This document shows positions 17,186 through 25,384 of a DNA stretch of 27,890 nucleotides, one piece after another; within the stretch, counting starts at the first letter, position 1, and every line of letters starts with the position of its first letter. Below the pieces are notes generated by a model. It ran no database searches, was not told the DNA's origin, and saw nothing but the letters and a program-made list of their open reading frames with translations. This stretch comes from a virus (lineage: Duplodnaviria; Caudoviricetes), in IMG/VR virus record IMGVR_UViG_3300033067_002223, positions 1-27,890 of that record. One strand, 5' to 3'. The translations under genes were made by a program, and so were the position numbers.

Positions 17186-17494
17186 ATGCCCGCCCCGAAG
17201 AAGCCCCAGCCCACCACCGACACGGTGAGCGGTGACGCCCCTGTCATCTCGCAGACCGATGGCGCCAGTGCCGACGCGCCCGCCGAGAGCCCCTCGCCGG
17301 CGCCCGTGCTGCCCCCCGAGGCCACTCCGCTGGAGCACGCCAAGGCCCTCGGTGAGGCGCCCTGGTGGGTCGCGGGCGTCCTGCAGCACACCGGCTGGAC
17401 CGCCGAGCGTGTCGTGTCCCGCGCCGACTTCGTGGCCGCCCTGGCCGAGGTCAAGGGCGCGCCCAACACCTCCCAGACCATCCGCCTCAAGTAG
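17186..17494 (+). CDS. Hypothetical pre-sheath protein, 102 aa
   Basis: GGAG SD 5 nt before ATG 17186 (GTG 17180 is an alternative); disordered N-terminus, helical C-terminus. Confidence 0.65.
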   Translation: MPAPKKPQPTTDTVSGDAPVISQTDGASADAPAESPSPAPVLPPEATPLEHAKALGEAPWWVAGVLQHTGWTAERVVSRADFVAALAEVKGAPNTSQTIRLK

Positions 17495-17503
17495 CCCCGC
17501 GCC

Positions 17504-17767
17504 ATGAACGGAGCGTCCTTTCCGCTCGCGTCGCACACGCTTTCCTGGTGCCAGGTCTGCAACGACGCCGTTTGCCACCTGCAGTTCTATCCGGCGCCGA
17601 CGACCTATCAGGCCGAGCCCAACAAGCTCCAGAAGGCCCGCGACCGCTCCCGCGCTGCGCTGGCCGCCGCGGTGGACCGGGGCGACGCGCCCCACCTCTC
17701 GCTGAAGTCCCCGACGTTCCGCGCTGCGCCCGGTGCCGCCCGCCGGCCCTGCTACCGCACCCGCTGA
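17504..17767 (+). CDS. Hypothetical protein with CxxC-x4-CH motif, 87 aa
   Basis: Fills the gap before the sheath gene; no clear SD. Confidence 0.45.
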   Translation: MNGASFPLASHTLSWCQVCNDAVCHLQFYPAPTTYQAEPNKLQKARDRSRAALAAAVDRGDAPHLSLKSPTFRAAPGAARRPCYRTR

Positions 17768-17794
17768 CCACCCCTCGCCTTCGAGCTCCACGCC

Positions 17795-19228
17795 ATGGCC
17801 CTGCCCGACGTCTCCCTGACCATCGCTGACCCCGCCATCGGCATCGCCCTGCCGGACACGTCCCGGCAGATCGCCAAGGCGGGCGTGTGCAGCGGCGGCA
17901 CCGCCAACACGGTCTACACGTTCGGTGACAGCCGGGCGCTGGTGGCCGCGCTGGGCACGGGCCCACTGGTGGATGCGGCGCTGGACACCCTGCTCCAGAC
18001 CGGCCAGCCGGTGGTGTGCGTCAAGGTCGCCTCCGACGTGGCCGCCTCCATCGGGAGCGTCACCCAGGTGGGCACCGGCACGGGCGTGGCTGCGCTCACG
18101 GGCTCGGCCCTGGACGCCTACGACGTCATCATCAAGATCGTCACGGGCGGCACCAACCTGGCCGCCCTGCCGACGCTCCAGATCAGCCTCGACGGTGGCC
18201 GCTCCTACGGGCCCGTCCTCACCGCCGCGGCCTCCTATGTCATCCCGGGCACGGGCATGACCCTGGGCCTCACCAACGGCTCGGGCACGTCGTGGGTTGC
18301 CGGCGACACCTACAGCTTCACGGTCACCGCCCCGGGTTTCAGCTCCAGCAACCTGGTGACCGCGCTCACCGCCCTGCTGGCCGACGCCAGCGAGTGGTTC
18401 GCCTGCCACATCGTGGGCCAGGCCGCGAGCGTCTCGGCCGCCGCCACCCTCTTCGCCACCCTGGACGCCCTCGCGGCCACGATGGAGGCGGGCAAGCGCT
18501 ACGCCTTCTTCATCCAGGAGTGCCCGGACGACACCGACGCCAACATCAAGAGCTCGTTCACGGCGCTGGCCTCTTCGTCGAAGCGCATGATGGTGGCTGC
18601 CGGCTTCTGCGCCTACGCCTCCAAGTCCGCCCCGGGCAACCTCTTCAAGCGGAGCGCCGCCTGGCCCATCGCCACCCGGCTCGCCCGCATCCCCGCGGGC
18701 CAGGAGGCCGGCTGGGTCGGCGGCGGCAGCCTGCCGGGCGTCACCCTGCCCGCGGGCTTCCGCGATGAGCGGGCGACCCCGGGCCTGGACGCCATCAACC
18801 TGGCTACGCTCCGCACCTTCATCGGGACGGGCGGCGTCTTCGTCACCAACGGCAAGATGAAGTCGAGCCTGCTCAGTGACTACCAGTACGCGACCTACCG
18901 GCGCGTCATGGACATCGCGTGCCGGGCCGTCAACGCCGCGGCGCTGCCCTACGTCAACAGCAGCGTCCGGGTGAACCCGGCGGGCACCCCGAACGCGGGG
19001 AAGATCCTCGAGGCCGACGCGCGCACCATCGACGCCGCGGTGGGGCAGGCCCTCTCGGACGCGGTGGTGGCCACCGGCCAGGCCAGCGCCTCGCAGGTCG
19101 TCACCAGCCGCACCGACAACATCCTGGCCACGGGCCTGCTCAACATCCAGGCGCGCGTGACCCCGCTGGGCTACGGCCGCTCCATCGCGGTGGACATCGG
19201 GTTCACCAACCCCGCCCTGGCGCAGTAA
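17795..19228 (+). CDS. Contractile tail sheath protein (DUF2586-like), 477 aa
   Basis: LPDVSLTIAD, LGTGPLVDA, ISLDGG, LRTFIGTGGVFVTNG...SDYQY..YRRVMD.ACR, VTPLGYGRSIAVDIGF.NP. Confidence 0.9.
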   Translation: MALPDVSLTIADPAIGIALPDTSRQIAKAGVCSGGTANTVYTFGDSRALVAALGTGPLVDAALDTLLQTGQPVVCVKVASDVAASIGSVTQVGTGTGVAALTGSALDAYDVIIKIVTGGTNLAALPTLQISLDGGRSYGPVLTAAASYVIPGTGMTLGLTNGSGTSWVAGDTYSFTVTAPGFSSSNLVTALTALLADASEWFACHIVGQAASVSAAATLFATLDALAATMEAGKRYAFFIQECPDDTDANIKSSFTALASSSKRMMVAAGFCAYASKSAPGNLFKRSAAWPIATRLARIPAGQEAGWVGGGSLPGVTLPAGFRDERATPGLDAINLATLRTFIGTGGVFVTNGKMKSSLLSDYQYATYRRVMDIACRAVNAAALPYVNSSVRVNPAGTPNAGKILEADARTIDAAVGQALSDAVVATGQASASQVVTSRTDNILATGLLNIQARVTPLGYGRSIAVDIGFTNPALAQ

Positions 19229-19305
19229 CCGCCGGCCCCGCCGCTTCCCTCTTCTCCACCACCGACTGACCGGGCCCGCCCACACGGCGCCCGGACGGAG
19301 GCCCC

Positions 19306-19746
19306 ATGTCCGTGCCCTTCCCCGACAACAACGGCAGCCGTTACGACCACGCCAGCTATGAGATGATCCTCAACGGCAAGAAGTACGTGGTGAAGATGGT
19401 CACCTACAAGGGTGAGTTGGACCCCACGGTCATCTACGGCAACAGCCGCAAGCCGGGCGGGCGCACCAAGGGCCAGCTCAAGCTGGATGCCACGGTCGAG
19501 ATGTACCGCGAGGACTTCGACGTCCTGTGCGACGACATCAAGAACTCTGGCGGCAAACTGCTGACCAAGTCGTTCGGCATCGTCAGCAACTACAGCGAGG
19601 ACGGCGTCCGGGTGAGCACCGACACCCTGATTGGCTGCCGCTTCAAGGCCTTCGACACGACCACCCAGGAAGGCGCCGACGCCACCACCGTCAAACTGCC
19701 TATCAGCCTGATGGACCTCCTGATCAACGGCGTCTCGCTGGTCTGA
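19306..19746 (+). CDS. Tail tube protein, 146 aa
   Basis: Follows the sheath gene; GGAGG SD; NGSRYDHAS...IYGNSRKPGGRTKG...DTLIGCRF pattern. Confidence 0.85.
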   Translation: MSVPFPDNNGSRYDHASYEMILNGKKYVVKMVTYKGELDPTVIYGNSRKPGGRTKGQLKLDATVEMYREDFDVLCDDIKNSGGKLLTKSFGIVSNYSEDGVRVSTDTLIGCRFKAFDTTTQEGADATTVKLPISLMDLLINGVSLV

Positions 19747-19820
19747 CCCCACCTGAAGCACCGCAGCACCCGCGGCGCGCCCCTCGCGCATCCACCAGCC
19801 GCGGCCCTTCTGGAGTGACC

Positions 19821-20153
19821 ATGCCCACGCCGAAGCCCACCGCAGAGCAGATCGAGCAGTTCAAGCAGAAGTACCCCCGCGCCGAGGTCTTCGAGGCCGA
19901 GGAATACGACGCCACCTTCGTGCTGCGCGGTGCCAACCGCGCTGAGTACGAGCTATTCCGCCGGGCGGCCCAGCGCGGCGACAAGTTCGCCATCCTGGGC
20001 ATCGAGAACCTGGTGAGGGCGTGCGTCCTGTTCCCCGACCGGGCCGCGCTGGACACCCTGGGTGAGGAGCTGCCCGCCATCTTCGACAGCCTGGGCGAGA
20101 AGGTGCTCGCGCTGTCGGGCATGACCAAGAGCATCGAAAAAAAGAGCGTCTAG
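19821..20153 (+). CDS. Tail assembly chaperone (gpG-like), 110 aa
   Basis: GGAG SD; lies between tube and tape measure genes; ends in a slippery site. Confidence 0.85.
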   Translation: MPTPKPTAEQIEQFKQKYPRAEVFEAEEYDATFVLRGANRAEYELFRRAAQRGDKFAILGIENLVRACVLFPDRAALDTLGEELPAIFDSLGEKVLALSGMTKSIEKKSV

Positions 20154-20344
20154 CCCTCCACCCGCTCTCCGAGGTGTGGACGCGCTACGAGCGCCTCATC
20201 GCGGAGGGTGACCAGGAAGAGGCCGCCTTCGCCATCGAGGCCCTCTTTCGTGGCGCGCCCGAGCACGACCCCGACGCGCCGTTTCTGGGTGCGCTCCTCT
20301 TCGGCCGGCTGATTCTCGGCTTCACCCTGCCGCCCAAGAAATGA
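20138..20344 (+). CDS. -1 frameshift extension of the tail chaperone (gpGT-like, about 174 aa in total)
   Basis: In-frame A AAA AAG at 20138-20144; the -1 frame is open (KKERLALHPLSEVWTRYERLI...FTLPPKK) to TGA 20342-20344, 9 nt before the tape measure ATG. Confidence 0.85.
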   Translation, partial: KKERLALHPLSEVWTRYERLIAEGDQEEAAFAIEALFRGAPEHDPDAPFLGALLFGRLILGFTLPPKK

Positions 20345-20353
20345 CGGTGCCCC

Positions 20354-22018
20354 ATGGAACGCCTCGCGTGGGTCTTTGACCTCATCGACAAGGTGAGCAA
20401 CCCCGCGAAGACGGCGGGCTCCGCGCTCTCGCAGTTGCAGGCCCAGCTCAAGGCGGTCCAGAACACCACGGGCAAGGCCCAGGGTGGGCTGACCGGCGTG
20501 GGCGGCTCCATCAAGGCGCTGGATGGGCTCCTGAAGGGCATCGGCAACCCGCTCGAGGCCGCCTTCGGGCCGCTGCCGGGCATCTCTGCCGCGGCCGGCG
20601 TCGCCACGGGCGCCATGCACATGCTGCTGGGCGTCGTCGTGGCCCTCTCGGTCGCGCTGGGCGCCGGCGCCGCGGCCCTGGTGAACTTCGGCATTGAGCA
20701 GACGAAGTTTCAGGAGAACACCATCCAGAGCTTCCGGATGCTCTCCGGACTCAAGGGCCAGGCGGCCCAGGATTCCGCCGAGGGGCTCTTTCAGCGCGCC
20801 ATCCAGTTCGGGCAGTACTCGCCGCTGGACACGCGGCAGAGCGTCGAGACCTTCCAGCGGCTGCGCTCGAGCTTCACCCAGAAGCAAACCGAGACGCTGT
20901 ACGCGGGCCTGAGCGACCTCGTCAGCATGAGCGGCACGGGCGACGCCGGCGGCAAGGCGCTGGTGACCGCGCTCAGCCAGATCAAGGCGGCCGGCAGCCT
21001 CAAGGGCCAAGACCTCATGCAGGTCTTGAACGTCTCCGGCCTGGCGGGCATCGGCAGGCTCCAGATCGGCGCCGAGGTCGCCAAGCTGAAGAAGGTGTCG
21101 ACCGAGGCCGGCGCCCAGATGCTCGAGGGCGGCATCCTCAAGAGCGACGAAGCAATCGTCGCCATCCTCAACGCCATCCGCACCAAGACGGGCGCGGAGC
21201 TCGGGCAGTACTCGATTGACCAGGCCAACAACCTGGGCGGTGCCATCATCAACCTCAAGGGGCGCTTTGAGGAGCTGTTCCTCACCGTCCGGAACCTCTC
21301 GGACCTGCCCGGCATCGGCTACCTCAAGGACGCCATCAACGGGCTCTCCGACGCCCTGAAGACCACCAGCGCCAGCGGCAAGAGCCTGCAGTCGGCGGTG
21401 GTCGGCGCCTTCAACGCCATCCTGACCACCGTGGCCGGTGACCCGCTGTTTGGTGGCGACCGCCTGGCGCAGACCGTCGAGTCGGCCGCCGTCGCCTTCC
21501 AGCAGTTCGGCGCGGTGGTGCAGGTCGGGCTCAGCGGCGTGCTGGGGTTGGTGGACGGGCTCGCGGAGGGCCTGGGGCTCGGCAAGGAGTTCATGGGCGG
21601 GCCCTTTGACCCGGCCAAGGTGGTGGTGCTCGCGGAGAAGTTCCGCACCATGGGCGAGTCCATCGGCAGCTTCGCGGCGATGGTCTTCAACTTCTTCAAG
21701 CCCATCATCACCTTCTTTGACCAGCTCCTCTCGGGCGAGTGGCTCGCGGGCCTGAATTCGGTGCTGAAGGTGGCCAACGCCATCGCCTCGCCGCTGTCGG
21801 CCCTCACCAACTTCAGCGCGGAGGGCCTGGCCGGCATCTTCGGGCCCGCCGAGGCCGCGCCGGCGGTCCAGAACTCCACCCGCACGGCCACGCAGGCCAA
21901 CAACATCACCGTCAACATGAACGGCACCGCGGGCGGCAGCGACCCCGAGGCCGCCGGGCGCACGGTCGGCCAGGCGGTCGCCAACCAGATCTCTTCCTCG
22001 TTGCAGATGCTGAAGTGA
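20354..22018 (+). CDS. Tape measure protein, 554 aa
   Basis: WVFDLIDKVSNPAK start, ALSQIKAAGSLKGQDLMQV tape-measure motif, Ala/Gly-rich helices, hydrophobic segment, NNITVNMNG near the end. Confidence 0.9.
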   Translation: MERLAWVFDLIDKVSNPAKTAGSALSQLQAQLKAVQNTTGKAQGGLTGVGGSIKALDGLLKGIGNPLEAAFGPLPGISAAAGVATGAMHMLLGVVVALSVALGAGAAALVNFGIEQTKFQENTIQSFRMLSGLKGQAAQDSAEGLFQRAIQFGQYSPLDTRQSVETFQRLRSSFTQKQTETLYAGLSDLVSMSGTGDAGGKALVTALSQIKAAGSLKGQDLMQVLNVSGLAGIGRLQIGAEVAKLKKVSTEAGAQMLEGGILKSDEAIVAILNAIRTKTGAELGQYSIDQANNLGGAIINLKGRFEELFLTVRNLSDLPGIGYLKDAINGLSDALKTTSASGKSLQSAVVGAFNAILTTVAGDPLFGGDRLAQTVESAAVAFQQFGAVVQVGLSGVLGLVDGLAEGLGLGKEFMGGPFDPAKVVVLAEKFRTMGESIGSFAAMVFNFFKPIITFFDQLLSGEWLAGLNSVLKVANAIASPLSALTNFSAEGLAGIFGPAEAAPAVQNSTRTATQANNITVNMNGTAGGSDPEAAGRTVGQAVANQISSSLQMLK

Positions 22019-22025
22019 GCCCGCC

Positions 22026-22772
22026 ATGAGCGACGACGCCTTCGAGGATGTGCGCGGCCTGGGGCTCGGGCTGAACTTCAGCCGCAGCACGCCCTTCTGG
22101 GGCGACGACCCCGACGCCTGGGACCAGGTCGTGATCGCCAACGTCGGGCTGCCGGGCCTGGCCGAGGTGGAGGGCGACGTGGAGCTGCGGGTCGACCTCA
22201 AAGAGGCGCCGGGCAACAAGGGCGCCAGGCACACGCTGCTGGGCTGGAAGCCCGCCGAGGTGAACATCACCCTGCGGATCTGGACGGCGGCGCAGTGGTC
22301 GCTCTGGCTAACGCTCGCCAAGCAGCTGCGGCCGAACACGGGGCGCGGCGGGTCAAACAACCCCGCACCGGTGGAGATTTACCACCCAGCCCTGGAGGCG
22401 CTCGACATCCGCAAGGTGACCATCGTCAAGCTCGGGTTCCCCAAGCCGGTCGGCGGCCCGGGCACGGGCGAGCGCACGATCTCGCTGAAGGCGCTGGAGT
22501 TCCGCTACGACGCCGGCAGCGCCAGCACGCCCAAGACCGCTGAGCAGTCCTACGGGGACCAGGTCATCTCCCGCCAGAAGGACATCGACGGCAACGAGAC
22601 GCTGGCGACGGTGAGCCGGCAAGACGCCCTCTCCGCGGCCCTCACCAAGGGCTTCCAGGTCGGCAACAACAGCCGGCTGTCCCACGACTGGGGCAAGCCG
22701 CCGCAGCCCGCACAGCCCGAGGCGCCCTCAAAGTCCAAGAGCCTCCGGGACCCCGCAGACAAGACCCGATAG
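22026..22772 (+). CDS. Putative tail-tube initiator/baseplate protein, 248 aa
   Basis: Position immediately after the tape measure gene; tube-like beta pattern (VDLKEAPG..GA...GWKPAEVNITLRIW...IYHPAL). Confidence 0.6.
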   Translation: MSDDAFEDVRGLGLGLNFSRSTPFWGDDPDAWDQVVIANVGLPGLAEVEGDVELRVDLKEAPGNKGARHTLLGWKPAEVNITLRIWTAAQWSLWLTLAKQLRPNTGRGGSNNPAPVEIYHPALEALDIRKVTIVKLGFPKPVGGPGTGERTISLKALEFRYDAGSASTPKTAEQSYGDQVISRQKDIDGNETLATVSRQDALSAALTKGFQVGNNSRLSHDWGKPPQPAQPEAPSKSKSLRDPADKTR

Positions 22773-22784
22773 CCCAGGTGCCCT

Positions 22785-23966
22785 TTGTCCATCGCCACCC
22801 TCAGCGGCCATGACGTCATCACGGCCACGGTCATCCTGCCGCGCGTGGGGCGCTGGATGGCCTACGTCGAGGTGGTGGCCGACACCCTGGACGGCCTGGA
22901 AGGCGCCGTCATCCTCGACCTGGGCGAGGTGAAGCTCAAAGGCACCGCCAGCCGCTCGGGCGTCTTCGCCCAGTCGGTGACGCTGTTGGTGGTCGGCGGC
23001 GCCTCGCACCTGTACCGCACCGTGGGTCCTCGGGCCTTCCTGGCGGGCTCGGTGGGCGTGGTGCTCCAGGCCCTGGCGGACGACGTAGGCGAGCGCCTGG
23101 CGGCCACCTGCGACCCGCAGACCATGGCTACAGCGCTGCCCCGGTGGCTGCGCCGCGAGCGGCTCGCCTACGCCGAAATCCAGAGCATCGCCGAGGCCGC
23201 CGGGCCCGACGTGGGCTGGCGCTTCCTGCGAGACGGGACGCTGTGGATGGGCCGGGAGTCGTGGCCGGTCACCACGCTTGCGCACGACCTGCTCAGCGAG
23301 ACGCCGACCAACAACAGCGCGGTCATTGGCACCGAACAGCCGCAGCTCCAGCCCGGGGTGACCTTCAACGGTCGCCGGGTGGAGGAAGTGCAGTACCTGG
23401 TGGGCGCCGAGCAAATCCGCACCGTCGTGGTCTTTCAGGGCGACAGCAGCGCCGAGGCCAACCCGAGCCAGGAAACCCAGCGCCTCGGCCTCTTCGTGGC
23501 TCGCGAGACGGACCACGCCCGGCTGCTGGAGGTCCACCCCTGCCGGGTGGTCGCCCAGAACGCGGACGGGACGTTGGAGCTCCAGCCCGACGACGACACC
23601 ATGCCCGGGCTCTCCCAGGTGCCCTTGCGGACCCCCTGGCCGGGCGTGTCCTTCAAGGTGGCACCTGGCAGCCGTGTCCAGGTGCTCTGTCCCCGGGGCG
23701 AGCCCTCGGCCCAGGTGTCCGCGCTCTGGGAGCCAGACCAGGGCAGCACGTTGCAGCTCGACTTGCAGGCCGCGGCCATCAACCTCGGCGACGCCACCGC
23801 GCCCGTGGGGCGGGTGGGCGACGCCGTGACCATTGACCCGGCGCTGGCCGCCTGGATCACCGCCGTTCAGGTGGCCCTGAATGGCCTCGGCGTGACGATT
23901 GCGCCGCCGTTCGTCGGCCCGACCATCGGCACCATCGCAGCCGGCAGCCCCAAGGTGAAGGCGTAA
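22785..23966 (+). CDS. Baseplate hub fused to spike (OB-fold) with PAAR-like C-terminus, 393 aa
   Basis: Hub-like N-terminal part (W.RR...WRFLRDGTLWMG, P.LQPG); OB-like RVVAQNADGTLELQP...VAPGSRVQV; ends PVGRVGDAV...GTIAAGSPKVKA. TTG start with AGGTG upstream. Confidence 0.7.
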   Translation: MSIATLSGHDVITATVILPRVGRWMAYVEVVADTLDGLEGAVILDLGEVKLKGTASRSGVFAQSVTLLVVGGASHLYRTVGPRAFLAGSVGVVLQALADDVGERLAATCDPQTMATALPRWLRRERLAYAEIQSIAEAAGPDVGWRFLRDGTLWMGRESWPVTTLAHDLLSETPTNNSAVIGTEQPQLQPGVTFNGRRVEEVQYLVGAEQIRTVVVFQGDSSAEANPSQETQRLGLFVARETDHARLLEVHPCRVVAQNADGTLELQPDDDTMPGLSQVPLRTPWPGVSFKVAPGSRVQVLCPRGEPSAQVSALWEPDQGSTLQLDLQAAAINLGDATAPVGRVGDAVTIDPALAAWITAVQVALNGLGVTIAPPFVGPTIGTIAAGSPKVKA

Positions 23967-25384
23967 TGGGTACCCACCGCGGGCTCTTTCCAGACGCCCA
24001 CCTCATCCACCGATGGGCCTTTGACGAGGCCACCGCCCTCGCGGACGCCATCGACGACATCGGCGACCTGACGCTGGTGGCCTCCAACACGATTCCCACG
24101 GGCGCCGGGCTCGTGGGCACCAGCCGCGGCACCGCCGGCAACAACAACTTCCAGACCCAGGGTGCCGGCGGCGTCACCGCGGCCGAGGCGCTCCGGGCAG
24201 TACTCGAGGGCGGCAGCTACACGCTGTACCTGACCCTCAAGACCATCACGGTGCCCAGCGGCTCGCTGGCCATCGTCTTTTCCTGCAAGGACATCGGAGG
24301 CGCGGCCAATGCGTGGTCGCTGCTGGTGTACGCCATCGGCGGCGCGGGGCTCCAGTTCTACTGGGCGACCTCCAGCGGGGCCGGTGAGAACATGGTTCTC
24401 ACCTACACCTTGAACAACACCACCACGTTTGACGTGCTGGCGTTCCGGGTCACCGCCTCGGGCTCCAACCGCTCGCTCCACGTCTTCAAGGACGGGGTGC
24501 TCCAGGACACCTTCACCGGCAAGGCCGCGCCCGACACGTCGTTCACCTCGCACGCGGGCCAGGGCGTGCGCTTCATGGCCGGCGAGGCGGACTGGTATCA
24601 CGGCTACTTGGATGAGTCCGGCATCAGCAATGCCGCCGACAGCAGCGCGCTCATCCTCACCAACGCCAAGCGGCTGCGCGGCACCTGTGTGCACATCGAC
24701 TCGCTGGACGTCACCGCGGGTCCCTCGGGCGCCGAGGTCACGCTGACCGGCGAGAACTTCGCCAGCGACACGGTCGTCACCTTTGGCGGCGTCGAGGTGG
24801 ACAGCTACACGCTGAACAGCAGCACCAGCGTCACGGTCACCGTCCCGGCGCATGCCCTGGGCTCGGTGGACGTGGTGGCCACGGACACGGACGGGTCTTT
24901 TGACCTGCTGGCCGATGGCTTCGAGTACATCGAAGCGCAGACCTTCACCTTTGCCTGGCCGGCCGCGGTGGCCGGGCCCGACGCGGTGGACTACGGCAGC
25001 GACGTCAGCACCCTGCCCACGCTGGACCCGCTGCTGGGGCCACTCACCGGCCCGGCGGTGGTCGGGCAGGCGGTCGCCCGGCGGCTGCGGACGCCCCGCG
25101 GGCAGCTCACCTTCCACCCCGATTACGGGCTGGACCTGCGGCAGTACGTCAATGGCTCGCTGCTCCCCGGCGCCCTGCCTGCGCTCCGCGCGGCCATTGA
25201 GCAGGAGGCGCTCAAAGATGAGCGCGTGGCCGACGCCGTGGCCACCGTCGAATACCTGGCGGCCTCCCAGAGCATCCGCGTGTCGCTGCAGCTGCTCACC
25301 TCGCAAGGACCATTCCTGCTGGTGCTCAACGTGAGCGCCCTGGATGTGACCTCGCCCACCCTCCTGCCCCAGAGCACGACCTAA
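23966..25384 (+). CDS. gp25/gpW-like baseplate wedge protein with N-terminal LamG-like and IPT/TIG domains, 472 aa
   Basis: HRWAFDE...HVFKDGVL...YHGYLDE (LamG-like); GPSGAEVTLTGENF...VTFGG...VTVPAHALGSVDV (IPT); QAVARRLRTPRG...PDYGLDLR...DERV (gp25). Confidence 0.8.
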   Translation: MGTHRGLFPDAHLIHRWAFDEATALADAIDDIGDLTLVASNTIPTGAGLVGTSRGTAGNNNFQTQGAGGVTAAEALRAVLEGGSYTLYLTLKTITVPSGSLAIVFSCKDIGGAANAWSLLVYAIGGAGLQFYWATSSGAGENMVLTYTLNNTTTFDVLAFRVTASGSNRSLHVFKDGVLQDTFTGKAAPDTSFTSHAGQGVRFMAGEADWYHGYLDESGISNAADSSALILTNAKRLRGTCVHIDSLDVTAGPSGAEVTLTGENFASDTVVTFGGVEVDSYTLNSSTSVTVTVPAHALGSVDVVATDTDGSFDLLADGFEYIEAQTFTFAWPAAVAGPDAVDYGSDVSTLPTLDPLLGPLTGPAVVGQAVARRLRTPRGQLTFHPDYGLDLRQYVNGSLLPGALPALRAAIEQEALKDERVADAVATVEYLAASQSIRVSLQLLTSQGPFLLVLNVSALDVTSPTLLPQSTT

